Assembly: GCF_003010495.1 (NCBI RefSeq)
Contig: NZ_CP027570.1
Coordinates: 2,340,001-2,372,000 of the forward strand
Direction of reading: 5' to 3'
Length of the DNA: 32,000 nt
Origin: Megasphaera elsdenii DSM 20460
GTDB lineage: Bacteria > Bacillota > Negativicutes > Veillonellales > Megasphaeraceae
The notes below the pieces were generated by a model. It ran no database searches. It had not been told where the DNA came from and saw nothing but the letters and a program-made list of their open reading frames with translations. The position numbers were made by a program, and so were the translations under genes. This document shows, in pieces, positions 24,444 to 32,000 of this stretch. Position 1 is the stretch's first letter, and each line of letters starts with the position of its first letter.

Positions 24444-26603
24444 CTAGACGATGAGCTCTCCTTGCAGGCGCGGAATGAGCAGCGTGAAGCGGCGGCTCGT
24501 GCGCTGGTTCTGGACGGCAGTCTGGACAGCCCGCTTGCTGCCGACGAGGATGACTTTCCGCTTGGCCCGGGTGACGGCCGTATAAAAGAGATTACGCTGG
24601 AGCATGATGGCATGGCTGTTGACCAGGACCATGATGACCGTGTGGTATTCGCTGCCCTGGCTCTTGTGGACGGTAATGGCATAGGCCAGGGTAATCTCAT
24701 CGACTTCCTGCCCTTCGTACTTGACGTCCTGTTCGGGATAGCGGACATAGACCATATCCTTCTGGATGGCAAAGATTTCCCCTATATCACCGTTGAAGAC
24801 GCCTTTTTCATAGTCATTGTGCTTCTGCATGACCTTGTCTCCGACGCGGAAAATCACGTTCTTCCCCTTCAGCTCGCCTTTTCCTTCAGCCGGCGGGTTG
24901 AACCGCCCCTGGATGAGCTGATTGAGGTTGTCGACGCCGCAAGGGTTCTTGTACATCGGCGACAGAACCTGGACGGCGAACTTATCCCCCGTTTCCAGGA
25001 GCTCGCTGTTATAGAGGGCGCTTATCTTCTCGGCCCCCTGGGCTTCGTCTTCGATTTCAACGAAGCGAAATTCCGGGTCTTCATTGACGACGGGCAGACG
25101 GCCGCTGTTGATGAGGTGGGCATTGGTCACGATACGCCCGCCTTCTTGCTGACGGAAAATCGTATCCAGGCGGACGACCGGGACCTGTCCCGAGGCGATG
25201 ATGTCATGCAGGACGGCACCGGCCCCGACCGACGGCAGCTGATCGGCGTCGCCGACGAGGATGCAGCGGCACTGCGGTTTCAAGGCACTGAGGAGATGGT
25301 ACATCATTTCCATGTCGAGCATAGAGACTTCATCGACGATGACCAGGTCGGCCGGCAGCAGCTTGGTTTCGTTGTATTCAAAGACCTGGATCCGTCCCTG
25401 ACGACCGTCGGGGATGAGCAGACGGTGAATGGTCTTGGCCTTGCGCTGCGTCGTTTCGGCCAGGCGCTTGGCGGCCCGCCCGGTCGGCGCACAGAGGAGG
25501 ATACGCAGCCCTTCCTGTTCGGCCAGGCGGATGATGGTCTGGACGACAGTCGTCTTGCCCGTCCCGGGACCGCCGGTGATGACCGTCATGCCCGATTCCA
25601 GCGATTTTTCGACGGCTTCGCGCTGCTTATCGGCCAGTTCAAAATGGCACGAATCCTGCCAGCGGTCGAGGAAGAGCTGGACATGGGTCTTCATGGGCAG
25701 GGGCTTCATGGCTGCCATGTCCTGGATACGCCGGGCAATATAATTTTCTTCTTCATAGGCTTCCGGCGTATAGACATAGACGGTCCCCTGGAAATCGGCC
25801 GTACAGAGCTGGCCCACTTCGATCGCTTCCTTCAGGATATCGTGCAGCCCCAGGGCATCGGCCTGTAAGATGAAAGCCGCCCGGCGGACCAATTCCGCAT
25901 CGGGGATGCAGACGTGGCCGTTCTGGGTCATGGTCTGCAAGACATAGGTCAGGCCGGCGCTGAGGCGCTGCGGGTCCTGCCGGTCCATGCCATAGGCCAG
26001 GGCCATCTGGTCGGCCGTCTTGAAACCGATGCCGTCGATTTCGGCGATCATGCGGTACGGTTCTTCCGTCAGGACATAGTGGACGTCGTCACCGTATTTC
26101 TGCAAGAGCCTGCCGGCGTAGCGCCCGGCGACGCCATGCTGTTCCAGGTCGTAGGCGATGTCGTTGACCTGTTTCTCTTCGTAGAATGACTCCGTAATGA
26201 CGGCCAGTTTCTTCGGGCCAATGCCTTCGACTTCCAGGAGCCGCTGCGGGTCCCTTTCCAATATCTTCATCGTGTCCTTGCCAAAGGCCGCGACGACGCG
26301 GTGGGCCAGGGCCGGCCCCAGTCCCTTGACGGCACCGCTTCCCAGGAAGCGTTCGATGCCGTCGACCGATTCAGGGATGATGCGGCTCCAGCCGTCGGCG
26401 GCGAACTGGCGGCCATAGCGCTTATGCTGGACCCAGTGGCCCTTGATTTCCAGGCGGTCGCCGACAAGAGGTTTCGTCCCATGGCCGGTGACGGTATACG
26501 TCGCGTCGTCGGCTTCGTCATGAAGGCGGAAGACGCGGTAATCCGAGTCGGGCGCTTCAAATAAGAGGCGTTCCGCAATGCCTCGTACTACAATCTGTTC
26601 CAT
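24444..26603 (-). CDS. recD2: SF1B ATP-dependent RecD-like DNA helicase
   Basis: About 719 aa after trimming the start to ATG 26603. The N-terminal OB/HhH region contains GIGPKK. Helicase motifs: GGPGTGKTT, VIVDEVSMLD, LVGDADQLPSVG, AITVHKSQGSE, and LFYTAVTRAKRKVILVG. Confidence 0.9.
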   Translation of the reverse strand: MEQIVVRGIAERLLFEAPDSDYRVFRLHDEADDATYTVTGHGTKPLVGDRLEIKGHWVQHKRYGRQFAADGWSRIIPESVDGIERFLGSGAVKGLGPALAHRVVAAFGKDTMKILERDPQRLLEVEGIGPKKLAVITESFYEEKQVNDIAYDLEQHGVAGRYAGRLLQKYGDDVHYVLTEEPYRMIAEIDGIGFKTADQMALAYGMDRQDPQRLSAGLTYVLQTMTQNGHVCIPDAELVRRAAFILQADALGLHDILKEAIEVGQLCTADFQGTVYVYTPEAYEEENYIARRIQDMAAMKPLPMKTHVQLFLDRWQDSCHFELADKQREAVEKSLESGMTVITGGPGTGKTTVVQTIIRLAEQEGLRILLCAPTGRAAKRLAETTQRKAKTIHRLLIPDGRQGRIQVFEYNETKLLPADLVIVDEVSMLDMEMMYHLLSALKPQCRCILVGDADQLPSVGAGAVLHDIIASGQVPVVRLDTIFRQQEGGRIVTNAHLINSGRLPVVNEDPEFRFVEIEDEAQGAEKISALYNSELLETGDKFAVQVLSPMYKNPCGVDNLNQLIQGRFNPPAEGKGELKGKNVIFRVGDKVMQKHNDYEKGVFNGDIGEIFAIQKDMVYVRYPEQDVKYEGQEVDEITLAYAITVHKSQGSEYHTVIMVLVNSHAIMLQRNLFYTAVTRAKRKVILVGSKRAVQTAVQNQRTSRRFTLLIPRLQGELIV

Positions 26604-26605
26604 CT

Positions 26606-26875
26606 TCACAGCCCCATATGCTCCCGTTCGTATTTCTTGCTTTCGTCCATGATGCACTGATAAATACGCCGCAGATACGGCGACAATTCCTTCTGGACCG
26701 TCAAATTGGCGATTTTATCCAGGACCTGCCGTTCCCGACGGGGGTCGTAGATTTCCATATGATGTTCCTTCTTATAGGCGGCGACTTCGGCGACGACCTG
26801 CATGCGCCGTTCCAATATTTTCGTCAAGTCCCGGTCCAATACGTCGATTTCCCGGCGACATTCTTCTAAATCCAT
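26606..26875 (-). CDS. Chorismate mutase (AroQ class, monofunctional)
   Basis: 89 aa: LEECRREIDVLDRDLTKILERRMQVVAEVAAYKKEHHMEIYDPRRERQVL. I trimmed the start to ATG 26875. The stop lies 2 nt before the recD2 start. Confidence 0.8.
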   Translation of the reverse strand: MDLEECRREIDVLDRDLTKILERRMQVVAEVAAYKKEHHMEIYDPRRERQVLDKIANLTVQKELSPYLRRIYQCIMDESKKYEREHMGL

Positions 26876-26908
26876 ACACTGCCCTTCCCTTCTGCAATTA
26901 ATATCCTT

Positions 26909-26938
26909 ATTATAACATAGTAAAAAAACTGCGGCCAA
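26909..26938 (-). promoter_or_regulatory. Candidate promoter of the chorismate mutase-recD2-comFC unit
   Basis: Minus strand has TTGGCC (26933-26938), an 18 nt spacer, then TGTTATAAT, an extended -10 with the hexamer at 26909-26914. Confidence 0.45.
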
Positions 26939-26991
26939 TCCCTATAATCCATTAATCGCATAAACGATTTACGTCCATGCAGAATCTCCAT

Positions 26992-27020
26992 TTGTCAGAG
27001 CCCGATTCTTCCTTTATAAT
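26992..27020 (+). promoter_or_regulatory. Candidate promoter of the permease gene
   Basis: TTGTCA (26992-26997), a 17 nt spacer, then TATAAT (27015-27020). Confidence 0.6.
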
Positions 27021-27083
27021 GTAAAGGTATGAGTTTTTTTAGATTTTATTTATCAATTCTGTAAAAAAAGGTTGTGATTTTGC

Positions 27084-28535
27084 ATGGAAGAAACTCAACA
27101 GCAGCAGGGGCTGCGCCGCAGCCTGAAAGCCCGTCACATGAACATGATCGCCATCGGCGGCGCTATCGGCACAGGCTTATTCGTCGCTGGCGGTGAAACG
27201 GTCAGCTCGGCCGGTCCTGGCGGTGCCCTCGTGGCTTACGCCCTCATCGGCATCATGGTTTATTTCCTCATGACGGGCCTCGGCGAAATGGCGTCGTACC
27301 TGCCGGTCAGCGGTTCTTTTGAAACCTATGCCAACCGCTATGTCGATAAATCCCTGGGCTTTGCCCTGGGCTGGAACTACTGGTTCAACTGGGCCATCAC
27401 GGTAGCAGCCGAACTCGTCGCCGGCGCCCTGATCATGAAGTATTGGTTCCCCGACGTACCGGCTGCCATCTGGAGCGGCTTGTTCCTGATCATCCTCTTC
27501 GTCCTCAACTACTTGTCGACCCGTTCGTATGGCGAAAGCGAATTTATCTTCGCCGGCATCAAGGTCCTGACCGTCCTGGTCTTCCTCTTCGCCGGGACGC
27601 TGCTCATCCTGGGCCTCGGGCCGGAACCGTCGCCGGGCTTTACCAACTGGACCATCGGCGAAGCCCCCTTTGTCGGCGGCTTCACGGCCATGCTGGGCAT
27701 CTTCATGGTCGCCGGTTTCTCCTTCCAGGGGACGGAAATGATCGGCATCGCAGCCGGTGAAAGTGAAGATCCGGAAAAGAACGTGCCCCGCGCCGTCCAC
27801 TCCATCTTCTGGCGTATCCTGATTTTCTATTTAGGCGCCTTCACGGTCATCGGTTTCCTCATCCCCTATACGGACCCGAACCTGCTCAACACGAACATCG
27901 AAAACATCTCCATCAGCCCGTTCACGCTGGTCTTTGAACGCTTCGGCCTGGCCGCAGCCGCTTCCATCATGAACGCCGTCATCCTGACCGCCGTCCTGTC
28001 GGCAGGCAACTCGGGCCTCTACGTTTCGACGCGTATGCTCTACGCCATGGCTGAAACGGGACAGGCTCCAAAATGCTTCCTCAAGCTGAACAAGCGCGGT
28101 GTCCCGTCGTATGCCCTGTTCGCTACGGTCGTCTTCGGCCTGGCCGCTTTCCTGACGTCCCTCATCGGCGAAGGCAAAGCCTATGACTGGCTGGTCAACA
28201 TCAGCGGCATGGCCGGTTTCATCACCTGGATAGGCATCGCCATCTGCCACTTCCGTTTCCGCCGGGCCTACGTCGCCCAGGGCAAGGACTTGAAAGACCT
28301 GCCTTATAAAGCCACTTGGTTCCCCTTCGGCCCCCTCCTGGCCCTGATCATGTGCATCATCGTCACGGCCGGCCAGAACTACTCGGCCTTCACAGGCGCT
28401 GAAATCGACTGGTACGGAGCCAGCGTAGCCTACATCGGCATCCCTGTCTTCTTAGCCGTCTTCTTCTATCATAAAATCAAACATAAGACCCACCTCATCC
28501 CCTTGAAAGAAGTCAATCTTTCCCGGGATAAGTAG
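27084..28535 (+). CDS. APC-superfamily amino acid permease (LysP/AroP-like)
   Basis: 483 aa with about 12 predicted transmembrane segments. N-terminal signature LKARHMNMIAIGGAIGTGLFVAGG. Substrate cannot be assigned from sequence alone. Confidence 0.88.
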   Translation: MEETQQQQGLRRSLKARHMNMIAIGGAIGTGLFVAGGETVSSAGPGGALVAYALIGIMVYFLMTGLGEMASYLPVSGSFETYANRYVDKSLGFALGWNYWFNWAITVAAELVAGALIMKYWFPDVPAAIWSGLFLIILFVLNYLSTRSYGESEFIFAGIKVLTVLVFLFAGTLLILGLGPEPSPGFTNWTIGEAPFVGGFTAMLGIFMVAGFSFQGTEMIGIAAGESEDPEKNVPRAVHSIFWRILIFYLGAFTVIGFLIPYTDPNLLNTNIENISISPFTLVFERFGLAAAASIMNAVILTAVLSAGNSGLYVSTRMLYAMAETGQAPKCFLKLNKRGVPSYALFATVVFGLAAFLTSLIGEGKAYDWLVNISGMAGFITWIGIAICHFRFRRAYVAQGKDLKDLPYKATWFPFGPLLALIMCIIVTAGQNYSAFTGAEIDWYGASVAYIGIPVFLAVFFYHKIKHKTHLIPLKEVNLSRDK

Positions 28536-28536
28536 G

Positions 28537-28571
28537 AAAAAGAGGCTGTCGCATTAAGACAGCCTCTTTTT
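28537..28571 (+). terminator. Intrinsic terminator after the permease gene
   Basis: AAAAAGAGGCTGTC-gcattaa-GACAGCCTCTTTTT, starting 2 nt after the stop codon. Confidence 0.85.
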
Positions 28572-28702
28572 CCGTTGATCGTAGGTCGTTCATCGTTTGT
28601 CGTATGGGATTAAAAATTATACTGTACCCATAAGGTTGGACAGTCCCTTTTTAAGTGGTTATGAAAGGGAATGGGTAAGATTCTGAATACATCTTTTGGA
28701 AA

Positions 28703-28993
28703 TCAGAAAATCAATACGTCTTCAGGGTCATACGTGTTTTTAGCCCCATAGTGCTCTATTTTTGATTGATATTTTTTACCGAGGTTATAGAATCGGATGC
28801 TATCTTTATTTTCATCCATAATTTTAATCAACTGATGTTTCAACAGCATCAATTCATCTGGCTGTAACAGACACTCAAAAACTGAATTCTGTACCCGCTG
28901 TCCGTACTTTTCGCACTGTTTAGCCACCTGATGCAGTCGCCGTTTTCCAGCATCATCTTCCGTACTGACATCATAAGTTACTAATACCAACAT
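28703..28993 (-). CDS. cas2: CRISPR-associated endoribonuclease Cas2
   Basis: 96 aa: MLVLVTYDVSTEDDAGKRRLHQVAKQCEKYGQRVQNSVFEC is the classic Cas2 N-terminus. AT-rich. Confidence 0.93.
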   Translation of the reverse strand: MLVLVTYDVSTEDDAGKRRLHQVAKQCEKYGQRVQNSVFECLLQPDELMLLKHQLIKIMDENKDSIRFYNLGKKYQSKIEHYGAKNTYDPEDVLIF

Positions 28994-29002
28994 AGGCTCA
29001 TC

Positions 29003-30034
29003 TCATTTCCATAAAAACGAAGGATATACATCTAAGTCACCACGTAATACCTTTCCCAATAATTGTGCCTGCACAAAAGGCACCAATCCCCAAGGTATTT
29101 TTTCATCTAAAAAAGGATGTTTGATGATATCTTTCTTACGATTTTGCCAATCTGTCAGGAAAATTTTCCTGCCTTTATCATTCAACAATACGGCTCCATT
29201 TTCTTGTCGCTCAAAGGCACTAGCATTGATTTTGCGATTATTTATCAATGTTAAGACAAAACGGTCCGCATAGATACTACGAAGTTCTTCCATTAGATCC
29301 AAGGCCAATGAAATACGTCCCGGCCGGTCACGATGTAAGAAGCCTACATAAGCATCGAGTCCCACCGCTTCCAAGGCAGAAGCACAATCATTTGCCAAAA
29401 TAGTATAACAAAAAGAAAGTAACGCATTGACAGAATCCTTAGGCGGTCGTTTCATCCGTTGTTTAAAAGAAAAAATTTTCTTATTTTGTAAAATCAGATG
29501 ATCAAATACTGAAAAATACAAGCTGGCCGCTTCTCCTTCGTAACCGCGTAAGCTGTCTAAATCACAACACTTCCTGGCCTCCTTTGCCAACCGAAGTAAT
29601 GACGAGCTGATTTCTTTCAAAGATTGTATATCAAAACTCATAGGATGATCCCGTTTGGCTCTTTCCAGTACACTGCGGGAATTGAATATTTTTCCAACAA
29701 TAAAATATTTGGCGATTTGGCAGCTTCGTATTTCATTATCAGAACAACGATACTGCTCTTTTCGCAACAAAACATTTCCTTGCGTCGTACCCACTGTTCT
29801 GGCTAAAAACCTGCCATTGGGGCGATAAAAACAAAGACCTATATTTCTTTTAGCACATTCCCCCATCAAGGCCGGAGATGCCCCTTTATAGCCAAAATAA
29901 ACAATCTGTTCCAACGTATGGAGTGGAAATTTCCCCAAGACTTTTTCATCCAGTAAAATAATAATATTATCGTTTTCCAATGCCAGATACGTTTCTGGAG
30001 TCATGACATATAATGTATTCAATAGTTTTCTCAT
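29003..30034 (-). CDS. cas1: CRISPR-associated endonuclease Cas1 (I-C-like)
   Basis: 343 aa: LNTLYVMTPETYLALENDNI..., NALLSFCYTIL, and DAYVGFLHRDRPGRISLALDLMEELR (Cas1 catalytic region). It overlaps cas4 at ATGA. Confidence 0.93.
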   Translation of the reverse strand: MRKLLNTLYVMTPETYLALENDNIIILLDEKVLGKFPLHTLEQIVYFGYKGASPALMGECAKRNIGLCFYRPNGRFLARTVGTTQGNVLLRKEQYRCSDNEIRSCQIAKYFIVGKIFNSRSVLERAKRDHPMSFDIQSLKEISSSLLRLAKEARKCCDLDSLRGYEGEAASLYFSVFDHLILQNKKIFSFKQRMKRPPKDSVNALLSFCYTILANDCASALEAVGLDAYVGFLHRDRPGRISLALDLMEELRSIYADRFVLTLINNRKINASAFERQENGAVLLNDKGRKIFLTDWQNRKKDIIKHPFLDEKIPWGLVPFVQAQLLGKVLRGDLDVYPSFLWK

Positions 30035-30696
30035 ACGTCGTCGCTTCCTAACATAGCTTCATAATACGGTTGGGCAGACTTCTTTTTACAAATAACGGGT
30101 AGGCAGATTTCTTTCAAAGAACAACTGGGGCAGCCCTTTTTAGGCCGTACTTTGGGAATATATCCGCGTTTAAAATAATCATGCATCATTTCCAGCATTT
30201 TTCTAACTTCTTGGCGTAAAGGTTCTGTTAGCTCAACAGGTTCCCTTCTATGTGTTTCGTGATAATATAAAGCCCCTTGATATATAGAAACACCTAACAT
30301 CTCTTCTAAACACATCGCTTGGCAACATAGTTGAAGACGATCTGCATTAATATCCTTTGTTTTCCCTCGTTTGTACTCAATAGGAAATGGAAGCCATAAG
30401 CCATTATGTCCATATAAACGCCCTCCACCATCATCCCGGTGAAATTCCACCACATCACATTGTCCAGTTACACCTAAAGTCCTTGAAGCAATCCGAATCC
30501 CGCGAGAAATAAGAATTTCACCACGCTTCTCTATAAAATCTGGATTATGGCAATTTTCATGGATAATATTGCCTTCCATCGTCTTCATGTTTTCATCCCA
30601 AACCTGGTCGATGTGAATCAAGGCCCATTGTCGAGGACAAAATGAAAAATGTTGTATCCCTGAAATCATCAAAAAATCATCTTCATCGTATTCCAT
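30031..30696 (-). CDS. cas4: CRISPR-associated exonuclease Cas4 (RecB-like, Fe-S cysteines)
   Basis: About 221 aa. SGIQHFSFCPRQWAL gives the N-terminal Cys, the nuclease motif is DVVEF...IEYKRGK, and the C-terminus is CPSCSLKEIC. I trimmed the start to ATG 30696, with GAGGGGG upstream. Confidence 0.9.
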   Translation of the reverse strand: MEYDEDDFLMISGIQHFSFCPRQWALIHIDQVWDENMKTMEGNIIHENCHNPDFIEKRGEILISRGIRIASRTLGVTGQCDVVEFHRDDGGGRLYGHNGLWLPFPIEYKRGKTKDINADRLQLCCQAMCLEEMLGVSIYQGALYYHETHRREPVELTEPLRQEVRKMLEMMHDYFKRGYIPKVRPKKGCPSCSLKEICLPVICKKKSAQPYYEAMLGSDDV

Positions 30697-30826
30697 AACA
30701 GACACCCCCTCATTATATTGTAAAATTCGACTGCTGATCCATAAAAACATTTCCCCATTCCAATACGGATTCTCACCATTGAAGATTCTCTTCCGCAGTA
30801 ATTTTGCCCGAACAATCTAAAGCAAG

Positions 30827-32000
30827 TTAACATTCTTTTTTCCCATGAAAGGTGAGACTTGTAAGTATCCGTACAAGGCGGAGCCTCCATGTGATTTCAA
30901 TCCACGGACCCATGAAGGGTGCGACAGTAGCCGGATAAAAGCTTCGGCGACAACCAGCAAATTTCAATCCACGCACCCATGAAGGGTGCGACGTCAATGG
31001 TGCTGACTTATGGGAGATGGTAGACAGCATTTCAATCCACGCACCCATGAAGGGTGCGACGCCAATCCGGTCGAGGTACTTAGCCACGGCATCGGAATTT
31101 CAATCCACGCACCCATGAAGGGTGCGACCTGCTGTGTTAGTGGAACTAGCTTTTATCAGCAACATTTCAATCCACGCACCCATGAAGGGTGCGACATGTG
31201 ATTTGTCGCTTATTCAAAGTACGCCAGTAATTTCAATCCACGCACCCATGAAGGGTGCGACGCAGATGGCGTCGAGGGCATCTGCGGCCATGCCGACATT
31301 TCAATCCACGCACCCATGAAAGGTGCGACCTGTTCGGGTGTCCGACCGTCTAAATCCTCCAGCGTATTTCAATCCACGCACCCATGAAGGGTGCGACACC
31401 GCAAGTACTCATGATTGACTGTGACCCGCAAGATTTCAATCCACGCACCCATGAAGGGTGCGACTGCGGCCGATACCAGGACGCCAATCAGTACTGCCCA
31501 ATTTCAATCCACGCACCCATGAAGGGTGCGACCGGGACGATACCGGCGTCTTCCTGGATGAGTTCCATTTCAATCCACGCACCCATGAAGGGTGCGACGT
31601 AAAATGGCTGGAAACACAGATCTGCCCGGCTTGCATTTCAATCCACGCACCCATGAAGGGTGCGACATCGGATTTCGCGTGAAACGTCGTCCGCGGTCCT
31701 CATTTCAATCCACGCACCCATGAAGGGTGCGACGATGCTTACGGTCGTATGAAAAGGGTCTACCTCATATTTCAATCCACGCACCCATGAAGGGTGCGAC
31801 CAGTTTAAAAGACAGCTCTTCTTGCCCTGGCCCGATATTTCAATCCACGCACCCATGAAGGGTGCGACCTGCTGTGTTAGTGGAACTAGCTTTTATCAGC
31901 AACATTTCAATCCACGCACCCATGAAGGGTGCGACACGGCGCGGAAATCTCATCCGGCGGACGCACACGGATTTCAATCCACGCACCCATGAAGGGTGCG
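30827..32000 (-). CRISPR. CRISPR array with type I-C-like repeats; 17 clear repeats plus one degenerate terminal repeat; continues past the right edge
   Basis: The 32-nt repeat is ATTTCAATCCACGCACCCATGAAGGGTGCGAC on plus, GTCGCACCCTTCATGGGTGCGTGGATTGAAAT on minus. Repeats start at 30894, 30961, 31029, 31097, 31164, 31230, 31298, 31366, 31433, 31501, 31567, 31635, 31702, 31769, 31837, 31904 and 31971 (cut by the window edge). Spacers are 34-36 nt. A degenerate copy (20/32 identities) lies at 30827-30858, exactly 35 nt before the first clear repeat. Confidence 0.97.

Noticed and set aside
24414-25868. 484-aa plus-strand ORF opposite recD2
   Set aside because: A shadow ORF antisense to recD2, with no independent coding evidence.
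26940-27083. Lysine riboswitch or T-box upstream of the amino-acid permease
   Set aside because: After the predicted promoter only about 60 nt of AT-rich leader remain. That is far too short for either element, and no terminator/antiterminator pair is visible.
30827-31856. Several 60-90 aa ORFs with recurring peptides (PFMGAWIE, HAPMKGAT, NPRTHEGCD)
   Set aside because: The recurring peptides are translations of the 32-nt CRISPR repeat in different frames. The periodicity matches the repeat-spacer unit, so these are not genes.
30926-31970. Self-targeting spacers against the phage remnant, the IS or the R-M genes in this window
   Set aside because: By eye I found no spacer matching any other part of the window on either strand. 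This is not an exhaustive alignment, so it is unproven rather than excluded.

Overview
The window reads as a GC-rich Firmicutes-type chromosome with strong GGAGG ribosome-binding sites, possibly Negativicutes or Megasphaera-like (unverified). Core blocks: a minus-strand purE-purF-purM-purN-purH operon with a terminator-containing leader; a UvrD-like helicase carrying an embedded DEDDh exonuclease; two half-size chromate transporters beside a divergent LysR regulator; a four-tRNA operon; and comFC, recD2, chorismate mutase and an amino-acid permease. Between the tRNA operon and comFC (about 9.35-23.8 kb) lies an accessory patchwork: gene remnants, a complete hsdM-hsdS-hsdR type I restriction-modification operon, a stand-alone sigma-like regulator, a DUF1659/DUF2922 small-protein pair, a domain-only amidase, a phage replication-module remnant, an IS3-family element with a reconstructable empty site, and a decayed Rpn-family gene. 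The right end holds AT-rich cas4-cas1-cas2 and a type I-C-like CRISPR array of at least 18 repeats in an atypical position and orientation. A modular GC-rich repeat family fills four intergenic regions. I cannot prove that any system is undescribed. My best candidates are the helicase-exonuclease fusion, the mosaic repeat and hairpin modules, the structured element splitting the small-protein pair, and the effector-less CRISPR adaptation locus.
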